64,000 bases of DNA from contig DAINOJ010000013.1 in the NCBI GenBank assembly GCA_036744005.1, positions 10-64,009 on the forward strand, given 5' to 3'. The first letter of the stretch is position 1. Each line of letters opens with the position of its first letter. Below are positions 9,066-19,500 of this stretch, piece by piece. The translations under genes were made by a program, and so were the position numbers. Origin of the DNA: Bacillota bacterium. GTDB lineage: Bacteria > Bacillota > JAAYKD01. A model generated the notes under the pieces. That model saw nothing but the letters and a program-made list of their open reading frames with translations, had not been told where the DNA came from and searched no databases.

Positions 9066-9549
9066 TTACGATGAATTGCTAAGTATAGCAAAACTTTATG
9101 AAAAACCTGAATATCTGAAATTCGCTGCTCAAAGTAAATACACTAATACTCAGATTCTTATAACCATATTCGATGAAGAGGTAAGAAAAGGTAATAACTT
9201 TTATTATGTAGGATACTATAAAAAAGAACCTGCAGTTGTTTTTGCTTTGAGAAACGTTTCAAGGTATAATAAAAGTGCTGAACTTCATATTGTTTTTATA
9301 ATTGAAAATGAAAGTTATAGATTTCTCTATATCGGTATCAAAGAGATGTACAGAATTGCATTTGATGAGCTACGTCTGAGAAAGCTTTATGGTCAAACAC
9401 CAAAATGGAATAACGGTTTAATAGGAATTTTATTGCTTACAGGAGCTGCTATAGTTGGGGAATTTGAGAAAGGAATATTTCACGATGGTATTTATAGTCC
9501 AAATGTGATATTGGAAATATTGAATCAAGATAATAAGTTTAGAAAGTGA
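9043..9549 (+). CDS. RimJ/RimL-type GNAT-fold protein 3
   Basis: VSRYNKSAELHI, AFDELRLRKLYGQTPKWN, GEFEKGIFHDGIY; overlaps the rSAM B stop. Confidence 0.7.
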   Translation: MKLMQASSYDELLSIAKLYEKPEYLKFAAQSKYTNTQILITIFDEEVRKGNNFYYVGYYKKEPAVVFALRNVSRYNKSAELHIVFIIENESYRFLYIGIKEMYRIAFDELRLRKLYGQTPKWNNGLIGILLLTGAAIVGEFEKGIFHDGIYSPNVILEILNQDNKFRK

Positions 9550-9550
9550 G

Positions 9551-10012
9551 ATGACTAATATGCTCATTATGCAAACAGATCGTCAAGAGGTTCTTAACAA
9601 ATGGAAAAGTCGGTTATCTATAAACGATTTAAGTGATAATGAAATCGGTGATTATTATGGAACCTTAGACAATATTAAGGTTATGATAAGACCTTTAATA
9701 GTTAACAATAAATCTGAAGTTGACATAGAAAACGTTAATTTTTTTGTTACAACTAATCATGATCTTAATGAAAATCAGATTAGTTTAGTCCTTGAAGGTG
9801 CTAAAGCCTATTTGCCTATTGTTTATCGATGGTTAGAAGATGAAAAGAGAATCCACAACAATATTCAAATTGTTAATCAGTTAGAACGTGAGTCAACGAT
9901 AAGAAAATTAACAGTCGAAATACCTAGTAAAATCGAACCGGATTTTCTAATAGGTATAAATGCGTTGACTAGGTATATTTTAGCGAGCGAGTTTTATGGC
10001 AAACAGGTATAG
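9551..10012 (+). CDS. hypothetical protein in the RiPP operon
   Basis: 153-aa ORF starting 2 nt after the previous stop; no recognised motif. Confidence 0.6.
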   Translation: MTNMLIMQTDRQEVLNKWKSRLSINDLSDNEIGDYYGTLDNIKVMIRPLIVNNKSEVDIENVNFFVTTNHDLNENQISLVLEGAKAYLPIVYRWLEDEKRIHNNIQIVNQLERESTIRKLTVEIPSKIEPDFLIGINALTRYILASEFYGKQV

Positions 10013-10167
10013 TATTAAAAATTTAATGTTTTTAGAAACACTATATTAACCCTTTCATTTTAACATTAGATTCTAAAGAAGTATGAAGGCAAAATGATTT
10101 TTTGAGTATGCTTCGAACTACAAATTCAAGACGTATAAACTTTTGAAATTTCGAGGAGGCGCATATT

Positions 10168-10848
10168 ATGGGAAACCAAATTGTAGCAATCAAAGGGGAT
10201 AGATTACGCCGGGTCTTCCATCTGGGAGATCAGGAAGTTCGTGCATTAGATGAGATCAACATTGAAGTGTATCAGGGGGAGCTTGTCATGCTCCTTGGCC
10301 CTTCGGGTTCGGGAAAAACAACTCTTTTGCATACCTTGTCTGGTTTAGATGCACCGGATCGAGGAGAAGTTTTCGTAGACGACGTGTCAATCTATAAACT
10401 GAATGATAATAAGTTATCTCATTTACGTAGTCGGTCTTTCGGTTTCGTTTTTCAGTCGTTTAACTTATTACCAAACCTGACTGCCTTAGAAAATGTGCAG
10501 ATTCCGTTACGCATAACAGGGCAAGACAATCCAGTCGAGAAATCAATGGAAATGCTCAAGCGTGTGGGCTTGGGCGACCGGGCACACCACCGACCAGGAC
10601 AACTCTCGGGAGGAGAACAACAGCGAGTCACCGTAGCTCGAGCCTTAGTATCAAAACCAAAAATTGTCTTTGCCGATGAACCGACCGGAAACTTAGATTC
10701 CGTGACCAGCATGGAGATCATGAATCTGCTGAAGGAAATGGTCCATGAAAACAACTCGGCATGTTTAATGGTTACTCACAATGCTGAAATGGTTCCGTTA
10801 GCAAATCGGGTTTTATACTTAAGAGACGGGAAAATGGTAAATAAGTAA
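10168..10848 (+). CDS. ABC transporter ATP-binding subunit (LolD/MacB-type)
   Basis: GPSGSGKT, LSGGEQQR, ADEPTGNLD, VTH. Confidence 0.95.
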   Translation: MGNQIVAIKGDRLRRVFHLGDQEVRALDEINIEVYQGELVMLLGPSGSGKTTLLHTLSGLDAPDRGEVFVDDVSIYKLNDNKLSHLRSRSFGFVFQSFNLLPNLTALENVQIPLRITGQDNPVEKSMEMLKRVGLGDRAHHRPGQLSGGEQQRVTVARALVSKPKIVFADEPTGNLDSVTSMEIMNLLKEMVHENNSACLMVTHNAEMVPLANRVLYLRDGKMVNK

Positions 10849-10869
10849 AACCGAAGGGAGAAAATTCCG

Positions 10870-11943
10870 ATGTTCAAACTCTCGGTAAAACTCATTCAAT
10901 GGAATCTCACCAGGAATCGACTGCAGTTATTGATTATGGTATTAGCGGTGATAGGTTCTTTAAGCAGCTATGTACTTTTAGGTACAGCACTAAACGAAAT
11001 GTCAGATAAAGTTGTGGATGTGCAAAGGTCGGACTGGCCATTTGACATTGAGATTATTGGTAATATTGATGATGAAGAAATGAAAAAAATCATGAGCATA
11101 CCAGGTGTGAAATATATGGAAGAAGTATACACAACTGAAGCTTTTGTTTATTCTAGCGAAATGGAGTTTTTGCTGATACCTAAAGAAGATACTAAAGTAA
11201 TCATTGAAATGGAAGCTGGAAATCTACCGAACAATGCGAACGAGGTCGCAATATCGGGGAAATTAGCAGTAGCTTATCAATTAAATGTTGGAGATCGTTT
11301 AAAAGTATTGCCGGGGATATCTGTTCTTCCTATTGATTACGAAATATCTGGAATAGTGAGTAGTAAAAAAGGTGTCGTTACAAAACTACTACTCAATGAA
11401 GAAGGATACCTTAGACAAACATCGCTTTTTGGTAAAAAAGCAATACAGTTGGATGGGAAAGTCGATATTGGTTTTGTTGTAGACGAATTAAAGAAGGTCG
11501 ACGCCGGATACCTCATTAAAAAATATGAAGAGAATTATACCAATACAAAAAACAGTCTAGGGTTGTCCGATACTATGGTAATGAGTTTACGTTTCTTAAT
11601 ATTGGGAATCACAGCAACCTCGTTAGCAGTTTTGCTCTATATTGGTCAGCGTAGTGGTGCATATCAGACAGGTGTCTTATTAGCTATGGGAATAAAAAAA
11701 CCATGGTTAATGCTTCCTACCATAAGCCAAACGACAATCACTTTCCTCATTGGATTTTTAGCAACGTCTGCCATTTTACCAATCGTATCGAAATCCTTGG
11801 GATTAGTAACAGAACCATTCGATATCTTGTGGACGTTAGTAAAAGATATAGCGGTTTATTATGGAGTTGGCATGCTCAGTACGTTAATCATTACTATGCA
11901 ATTTTTAGGAACACCTATTCCTAAATTACTCAAAGACTCTTAG
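10870..11943 (+). CDS. ABC permease, FtsX/MacB-like
   Basis: N-terminal TM, large extracellular domain, three C-terminal TMs, GVLLAMG motif. Confidence 0.85.
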   Translation: MFKLSVKLIQWNLTRNRLQLLIMVLAVIGSLSSYVLLGTALNEMSDKVVDVQRSDWPFDIEIIGNIDDEEMKKIMSIPGVKYMEEVYTTEAFVYSSEMEFLLIPKEDTKVIIEMEAGNLPNNANEVAISGKLAVAYQLNVGDRLKVLPGISVLPIDYEISGIVSSKKGVVTKLLLNEEGYLRQTSLFGKKAIQLDGKVDIGFVVDELKKVDAGYLIKKYEENYTNTKNSLGLSDTMVMSLRFLILGITATSLAVLLYIGQRSGAYQTGVLLAMGIKKPWLMLPTISQTTITFLIGFLATSAILPIVSKSLGLVTEPFDILWTLVKDIAVYYGVGMLSTLIITMQFLGTPIPKLLKDS

Positions 11944-11962
11944 ATACTGAGGAGGTGATCCT

Positions 11963-13177
11963 ATGCTTTGGATGACATTCGTGTCTTTTCGGCGAAATCT
12001 TCATAATTACTCCTTAGCCATTATTGGGTTAGCTCTTGCAGTCTTAGTGAGCTGCATAGGATTGAGTGGGTTGGGCATGCTTCAGGATTTCGCCTTAGTA
12101 CCTTTACGATTTTTGTTTGGAGAAAATGTTATTATTGCCGATGCAAGAACCGAAATCAAGACCACATCTACAATGATTTATGCTGATCCACTCGATATTA
12201 AACCATTCTCGGCAACGCTTGTAAACTCTTTTTTAGAAGAAGTAGCACCTGGCACCAAACTGGAAAAGGTTCTCATTGCTCCATATAGGATGCGAGATGG
12301 GTGGAGCTATGTTGCCGGAAGAATGAACCCAGATGAGAAAATAAGAAAATACATATATAGTTCGGATGTAACAGAAGGAGTTTTTAGCGACAGTTATGAA
12401 AAAATCTATCTTGCAACCGATCAGAGGTTTAAAAACAATAATGGAGAGATTAGCAGCCCTCTGTTGTACTTAGGTGCTGGAGATTATATGAATTTAACCG
12501 TACCAACGATTACTACCGAAAAAAACGGTTATGATTGGTCGATACCAAATCTGGCAAAAAAACAAGTTCAGGTTCAAAGTTTATATGACTCCTCCAGTGT
12601 TATGTATATGGTTGATTGGGTCAAGTTGGATGTTCTTCAGCAACTCGTTGGTGGGAATGAACCAGTATCTTTTATTTCTGTTGAATGTCCTTTAAACAAA
12701 ATGGACGAATTAAAGAATACTCTGGTGACTCGAATGGAAGAGGAAAATTTTCCTTTGCAGGTTTGGACAATTTATGATGTCGGGGAATTACTGTACGGGG
12801 ACTTTGAGCGATTTGAAGTGATGGCTGACTATTATGTTCCGGTAATGATGTTTGTTTCCGTTCTTATTGTGCTCGTCAATTCGATTGCATTGACGTTATC
12901 GCGCCGTAAAGAGCTTGCATTAATGCGTATCGTTGGATTCAGCCAAATACAGATACAAATGATGTTTGTTGCTGAATGTATCATAATTGCACTTCTTGGA
13001 GGTTTATTGGGAACCGGGATCGCTGGGTTTATTTCGATGCAATTCACTAACACATTTAGTGTTAATTGGTTACCGTATATCATTGCTTTAGTTTCTACTG
13101 CGGTTGTAAGTACGATTACTACCATTTTGCTGACCAAAGGAAGTTTAGCAAGCATTATGAGAAATCCGGTTGAGTAA
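11963..13177 (+). CDS. ABC permease, FtsX/MacB-like
   Basis: RRKELALMRIVGFS FtsX motif, same topology as the previous permease. Confidence 0.9.
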   Translation: MLWMTFVSFRRNLHNYSLAIIGLALAVLVSCIGLSGLGMLQDFALVPLRFLFGENVIIADARTEIKTTSTMIYADPLDIKPFSATLVNSFLEEVAPGTKLEKVLIAPYRMRDGWSYVAGRMNPDEKIRKYIYSSDVTEGVFSDSYEKIYLATDQRFKNNNGEISSPLLYLGAGDYMNLTVPTITTEKNGYDWSIPNLAKKQVQVQSLYDSSSVMYMVDWVKLDVLQQLVGGNEPVSFISVECPLNKMDELKNTLVTRMEEENFPLQVWTIYDVGELLYGDFERFEVMADYYVPVMMFVSVLIVLVNSIALTLSRRKELALMRIVGFSQIQIQMMFVAECIIIALLGGLLGTGIAGFISMQFTNTFSVNWLPYIIALVSTAVVSTITTILLTKGSLASIMRNPVE

Positions 13178-13273
13178 AATATTGAGCTTGGGCTTCTCCC
13201 TTCGATGTTTTCTTACCGAAAAAACAAAAACACATATAGATACAATAGTGTATATAAACCCGGAGGTGGTATT

Positions 13274-14107
13274 ATCAAGATCAAAATTCTAGTTGATAGT
13301 TCATGCGATATGCCGAGAGAGTATATTAGAAAATGGAATATTGGGGTGGCTCCACTTTTTGTTCAATTAGGTAAAAATAGCTTTCAAGATGGTGTTAACC
13401 TTAGCACTGAAGAATTCTATCGATGGTGCAGAACACACACGGAAGTCCCTCAAACAGCCCAACCGTCCGTTGGAATTTGTGAAAAGCTGATCCGTGAGAG
13501 CTTAGAGGAACATGATCATGTCATCTGTTTCACAGTATCTTCTTCGCTATCCAGCACATTACAAGCTTTCCGTATAGCTTCAGAAGAGTATAAGGAAAGT
13601 GTTACCGTTTTTGATACATTATCTGTGTCTCTTGGAATAACACTTTTAGTTCTACATGCAGTTGAGTTAATTGAAAAAGGTTCTGATATCGATGAAATTC
13701 TTTTACGGCTTCAGGAAGCACGCAAACACCAAAAAGTTATCATGTCTTTACAGACGTTGGAATATGCTGTTAAAGGAGGTCGTGTCACCCGATGGTCACC
13801 TGTTGATTCAGATATATTATCAATTAAGCCAATTTTACATATTGATTGCAATGGATATGCAAAAGTATTAGAGAAAGTTCGTAGCGAACGTCTTGCTTTT
13901 CGCTTTTTAATCAATACCATGAAAGATACGTTTGGCAATACCCAACCATTTAGGATTGGTATAGCTCATGGAGATAGTGAAGATCAGGCAAGGAAATTTA
14001 TGCAGATTGTTAGAGAGGAATTGAACCCTAAAGAGATTATTTTTTCGCAAATAGGTCCTGTCATTGGATCTCATATCGCCCCAGGTGCTTTATTGGTCTC
14101 ATTTTAA
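13274..14107 (+). CDS. DegV/FakB family fatty-acid-binding protein
   Basis: KIKILVDSSCDMP, PQTAQPS, SSSLSST, VFDTLSVSLG, GGRV, IKPIL, IAHG, IGSHIAPG. Start uncertain: GGAGGT 13262-13267 then ATC 13274; the track's ATG at 13205 has no RBS. Confidence 0.9.
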   Translation: MKIKILVDSSCDMPREYIRKWNIGVAPLFVQLGKNSFQDGVNLSTEEFYRWCRTHTEVPQTAQPSVGICEKLIRESLEEHDHVICFTVSSSLSSTLQAFRIASEEYKESVTVFDTLSVSLGITLLVLHAVELIEKGSDIDEILLRLQEARKHQKVIMSLQTLEYAVKGGRVTRWSPVDSDILSIKPILHIDCNGYAKVLEKVRSERLAFRFLINTMKDTFGNTQPFRIGIAHGDSEDQARKFMQIVREELNPKEIIFSQIGPVIGSHIAPGALLVSF

Positions 14108-14441
14108 TTCGTATAAACTGTTAAGTCATCTTTCAATCTCTCTATTTAGGTGGTCGTCCCTGAGCCAGACCTCTGTTTTGCACTTTCGTTTAAAGGTTAG
14201 ATGATTTGTTATCTCGATGCGAATACAGGTATACTCTAGATGAGTCATGAGATTGTAGTCTTAAATCTTTTGCGGATTAATCAGTTTGACTTCACCTCAT
14301 CAATTTCACAAACAGGAAGTAGTTACGGTGCACTCATTAAACGAAAACAAAGTTATCGATTGTTTATTGTATTAAGCTCGTTTCTTTTACCCTGTATTCA
14401 AGTAGGAATCAGTAATCAAGAAAACACACTCCAAAAGAGCA

Positions 14442-14620
14442 CGTGTGCACAAAGCAAACGGAACAAACGGGAATAAGGCTACCAGGTGCATTTTGTATCA
14501 AACTCGTGTCCTTCTCCAAAAAAATCAGCACACCAACGCGGTGTGCTGATTTTTTTGGTGGAGGGAACCCGTAGCCAATGTTTGCATTGGCGAAGCTCTG
14601 GCAATTAAAAGCGTTTGCGA
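14442..14620. repeat. structured repeat element, copy 1
   Basis: 14442-14573 aligns ungapped to 33596-33727 with 8 mismatches in 132 nt; 19-bp perfect hairpin 14516-14558; 7-bp hairpin plus GAAGC at 14574-14596. Confidence 0.9.
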
Positions 14621-14727
14621 AGCACAATGCGGAATTGCTGGAGTCCACCATCACAGTATTATACGAACTTCTTCTATTTCAAAGGAGGCTTTGCCTTCAC
14701 AATCATGCTGGAAAACTGCATAAAAGA

Positions 14728-14765
14728 AGCAACTCGGGAGTGACTCCGAGTTGCTCTCTTTTTTT
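14728..14765 (+). terminator. intrinsic terminator-like hairpin
   Basis: AGCAACTCGG...CCGAGTTGCT followed by CTCTTTTTTT. Confidence 0.55.
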
Positions 14766-15348
14766 GGCAGAAAAAAAGTCAACACATTCTCGCTGGGCGC
14801 AATGCGTCCAATTCGCAAAGTGCCATACGAGAAGTTGACTTCTTAGAACACCAGCGCTATCCCGTCAGTACCGCAAGGGTAAAGCTCAAAGCGAAGAATT
14901 TCGCCCGGTTAGGATGCCCACTGATGCTCATGATAATTATATCAGAGGAACTGAGAAAAGTCAAAAAGTTGCTCTCTATTTTTGACTTCGTTGCTGCTTT
15001 GTTTATTGCATCAACCAAGAGATTCGGAAGCTCTTCCGATGTACTGTTTAATTCGGCAGAAATTTCTCTAATTGTATGAAATAGAAAGGAAATTGCGGTA
15101 GACTGGGGGAATAGTGTATTTAAACAAAAACTAATGAATTTGAGTTTTCATGAATACGAACCATATGGAGTGGAAGCGGGTTTTCTAACCATTCAAAACT
15201 TCCTAAATTTGTCGTATCGCAAAACAATAACTCTCCATTGCGGTTCTCCAATTTACGAGATTTTAGCAATGGATTTTTTTTGCCCGGATTAGCATTCTGA
15301 GATAAGAAATCCATACTCACATCATGATCAGCAGAAGAGGTGATATAT

Positions 15349-15954
15349 ATGAACAAACAAATGCCATACAATGGCACCCTAACAGCGGAACAATTTTTGT
15401 ATTACGAAATGAGAATTGTATCCAAGCTGCATCTTGAGGGAAAGAATATGGAAGAGATTATTGAATGCATCCAGCGTGATAACCTGTTCCAGTTTCCTAC
15501 CGAGCGAATGATTTATAGAATTGCTAGTGCATGTTACAAACGCATCATTGCATTGGATAACCCGAAGCTTGTCTACGAAGTAGCAAATGCTCCGGTCGAT
15601 GTCGCTAAACAGATCAACCTTTACTCGATGATGTGTTACAACCGTCTAGTCCGTGAATTTATGGAAGGGCTGATTGGAGAAAAGTATCGGCAACAAGATT
15701 ACTCTTATACTAGGAAGGACATCAACATATTTTTCACCCGTTTACAGGAGCAGCACGACGATGTAGCAGCTTGGAGCGATAAGACGATTGGGAAATTAAA
15801 GCAAGTATTAACCAAATGCCTCATTGAAACGGAGATGCTCAATAGTGTGAAGGATACCACGCTCAACCCTATTTTTATAAGTTCTGAACTGGAAACTGGC
15901 ATCCGTGAAAACAACGACTTGACCGCTCTCGCTGCGTTCAATTGCTTTAGGTAG
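15349..15954 (+). CDS. brxA: BREX protein BrxA (DUF1819)
   Basis: YNGTLTAEQFLYYEMR, DNLFQFPTE, WSDKTIGKLKQ; first gene of the BREX operon; RBS AAGAGGTG. Confidence 0.9.
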   Translation: MNKQMPYNGTLTAEQFLYYEMRIVSKLHLEGKNMEEIIECIQRDNLFQFPTERMIYRIASACYKRIIALDNPKLVYEVANAPVDVAKQINLYSMMCYNRLVREFMEGLIGEKYRQQDYSYTRKDINIFFTRLQEQHDDVAAWSDKTIGKLKQVLTKCLIETEMLNSVKDTTLNPIFISSELETGIRENNDLTALAAFNCFR

Positions 15955-15964
15955 GAGTGTGAAT

Positions 15965-16522
15965 ATGACTGATATCAAACAAGAACTAGACAAAATTAAA
16001 GCTCGTATCTCCGATGCGAATTTTCTCGCGAACAAAGGTCTATCTAATGAAGTGGGAATTCATGTTTTCACCTACGAACCACAACACGAGCTTATCGTTC
16101 GGGATTATATTGAGCGTCTCGTTAACACCCCGTCCAAGGATTACAGGATTATTGAGAGAGACATGTATAAAATCTTACTAGAAATACTGGATGAGAAACG
16201 TGTTCTTGTTAGCGTGCCATCTTTAGAAGAAAAGAAGGGTAAAGACTTTCTTCTTGCTCAGCTTCAGAAGATTGCAACACAAGATGCTTTTCTTACTAAG
16301 ATGAAATACGAACCACGTCAATACGGAGACGTATTGTTCCTAACAGGTGTCGGTAAAGTATACCCATTTATGAGATCTCATAAAATCCTTGATAGTATGC
16401 AGTTAGAATTCGACAAAGTGCCCATTGTCATGTTTTACCCTGGAGTATTCGATGGTAAGAGCTTAAGCTTATTCGATAAATTCCATGATGGGAACTATTA
16501 TAGAGCGTTTAATCTACTTTAG
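15965..16522 (+). CDS. brxB: BREX protein BrxB (DUF1788)
   Basis: GLSNEVGIHVFTYEP, LTGVGKVYPFMRSH, PIVMFYPG, NYYRAF. Confidence 0.92.
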   Translation: MTDIKQELDKIKARISDANFLANKGLSNEVGIHVFTYEPQHELIVRDYIERLVNTPSKDYRIIERDMYKILLEILDEKRVLVSVPSLEEKKGKDFLLAQLQKIATQDAFLTKMKYEPRQYGDVLFLTGVGKVYPFMRSHKILDSMQLEFDKVPIVMFYPGVFDGKSLSLFDKFHDGNYYRAFNLL

Positions 16523-16533
16523 GAGGCAAGCAA

Positions 16534-19500
16534 ATGAAAATCCAGAATATGTTCAAAAAGGATATCAACCGCGACATCAATGGTGTGATCAAGGTCGCAC
16601 AGGATGATGAACAGAGTCTTATTCAGGAACTCAGCGAGTATATCATCACCAAAGAACTCCGACGCCTCTTTGAAACTTTTTTTCATAACTACACGAAAGC
16701 GATTGATCACCCAACTGACAAAATAGGTGTTTGGATCTCAGGTTTCTTTGGAAGTGGTAAATCCCATTTCTTGAAAATGCTTTCCTACCTTCTCTCAAAC
16801 CCTGAAGTTGACAAGAAAAGCACCATTAGTTTCTTTAAAGATAAATTCGAAGACCCTATGATGTATGCTTCGATTGTCCGTTGTACGAATATCCCCACAG
16901 AATCAATCCTCTTTAACATCGATATTGAAGGGCCAATAAAGAAAGATAAGACCGCTGTCTTGCGTGTGTTTACCAAGGTGTTTTATAACCATCTTGGATT
17001 CTATGGCGAAGACTTAAAAATCGCCAAACTGGAGCGCTTCATCGAGAAGAAAGGGTTGACCGAGACTTTCCGCAAAGTGTTTGAACAAATAAATGGTTCG
17101 CCTTGGACGGAAGCCAGAGCTTCCTATGCGTTTTTCGAAGATGACATTGTTACGGTTCTGCAAAGAACACTTGATATGAGCGAAACGGCTGCCCGTAACT
17201 GGTTCAACGGAGAAGAGAACCAAGATATGAGCATTAAGCAACTCGTAGAGGAAATTAAAGAATACGTCGATTCAAAGGGTAAGGATTTTAGACTCCTATT
17301 TTGTGTGGACGAAGTCGGTCAATACATTGGGGACGATAGTGACTTAATGATCAATCTTCAATCCATTGTCGAAGAAGTGGGTAGCAAATGCCAGGGAAAA
17401 GTCTGGGTTATGGTGACCAGCCAGGAAGCCATCGACTCGGTAGTGAAAATCAGTGGCGATGATTTCTCAAAGATTCAAGGGCGTTTTAACACTCGCTTAT
17501 CCTTGTCCTCCGCTTCGGTGGATGAGGTGATTAAGAAGCGTATACTCGAAAAAACAGAGGACGCAGAGGCTCTTCTTCGTATGGTTTACGATAGAGAACA
17601 TGCCGTTTTAAAGAATCTCTTTACCTTCAATGAATCCGTATTAGATATCAAGGGTTATGCCGACAGCGCTGAGTTCACATCAACCTATCCTTTTGTTCCA
17701 TACCAATTCATCATCATTCAAAAAGTCCTTGCGGAGATCCGCAAACACGGCAATGCAGGTAGGCATCTCTCTGGCGGAGAGCGCTCCATGCTTTCAGGAT
17801 TCCAGGAAGCAGCACAAAAAATTCAGAACAAAGATGAGAATGCACTTGTATCTTTCTCGCAATTCTATGATACCGTACATACCTTTCTTGAAAGTCCGAT
17901 TCGCCGAGTCATTGACCGTTGTCAAACAGCGGCCGATAAACATGACGGCTTAGAACAGCGGGATGTGCGCGTTCTAAAATTGCTTTACCTTATTCGCTAC
18001 ATCGACGACTTTAAGGCGAACATTGATAATATCTCTACTTTAATGATAGAAGATATCCGCACAGATAAGATTACTTTACGTCGTGAAATCGCCGAAAGCT
18101 TGGAACGCTTAGTACGCCAAAACTATGTTGCGCGACATGGCGATAGCTACTCCTTCTTAACGGATGAGGAGCAAGATGTAGCAACCGACATTCGCAACAC
18201 ACCTGTTGATACAGCAACCATTGTACAGAGTATTGGTCAGACCATCTTTAACGAGATCTATTCCTCAAAGAAGTTTAAATATAACAAATATGACTTCTCC
18301 TATGACCAGTATATCGATGAATACATGATCGGAACTGCATCGGGTGGAGTACGCTTGCGTTTGGTAACCGTGGTCAGCGATTATTATAATGCTCCTGAAG
18401 CTAAGCTTATTATGGATTCAAAGATTAACAACGAAGCGATTGTAGTATTATCGGGTGAGACTCATTATTTTGAAGAACTTGAGACTGCTGCCAAAATACG
18501 CAAATACATTAAGCAGAAGAACGTGTCTCAGCTACCTGAAAGCATTCAGGATATCATCCGCAAACGCCAAGCACAGGCACGCGTGTTAGAAGAAAGCGCG
18601 AGAACACAGATAGACAAAGCGATTGTTGGTAGTAGCTTCTTTATTCATGGGGAGAAAGCCGAAATCAAATATGGAGATGCCAAGAGTAAATTGGATGAAG
18701 CACTAAAGCAACTCATCGATAGTGTCTACTCAAAGTTGAGCCAGGTTAACACCTTCAGCGATAGTGATGCCGATATTTTAACGATACTCAACAGCTCCCC
18801 TCAGCAAATCGGTTTTTCTGGCACTGGTTCCAATAATGAATATGCCTTAAACGAGATTAGCCAATGGCTCGAAGATCGTTATTTAAGTCATGTACCTGTT
18901 TCCATGGGTGATGTTCATCGTAGATACCAAGCAATACCCCATGGTTGGCGTGAAATCGATATCGCAGCGCTCGTAGCAAGACTCATCGTTGCACAAAGAA
19001 TTGAAATCCGTTACGGGGGTGCTGCAGTTAGTAAAGAGGATAAAAACATTGTCCGATACCTCCGGGCAAAATCAGAGATTGACAAAGCAAGCGTCAGTCG
19101 AAGAATCTCGCCCTCAGAAGACGACATGCGTAAAGTTGTTAAGTTCCTCCGTGATTGGCTTGGGAAGATGAATATACCCGAGGATGAAGATGGACTCTTA
19201 TACTATATTAAAGAGACTTTTAATACCAAGCTTGCTCACTATGAGAATCTACTGGTTGAATACAATCATTTCAATTACCCAGAGAAAGACGTAGTGCTTA
19301 AAGCACAAGCCCTTATTGTGGAAATATTTTCTCAGAGATCGGATAATGTTGCTCTATTGAAGAAGCTTCTTGTAAAACAAGATGATTTGCGTGATATCAC
19401 TGATGACATGGAAGACATTGAAACCTTCTTTCGATCTCAGAGAGACATTTTTGATTCTGCACAAAAATTATACGCCAGTCTGCAGAACGAATTGGATTAT

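Noticed and set aside
14540-14575. tRNA or tmRNA gene suggested by CTCCACCA on the minus strand
   Set aside because: No T-arm (GTTCRA) or cloverleaf upstream; noted only as a resemblance
14240-14838. ORFs 14240-14476, 14409-14654 and 14578-14838
   Set aside because: They run through the repeat element and terminator, with no RBS or motif
14865-14900. GTACCGCAAGGGTAAAGCTCAAAG resembles a conserved 16S rRNA segment
   Set aside because: Only about 24 nt with several differences and no flanking rRNA similarity; consistent with chance
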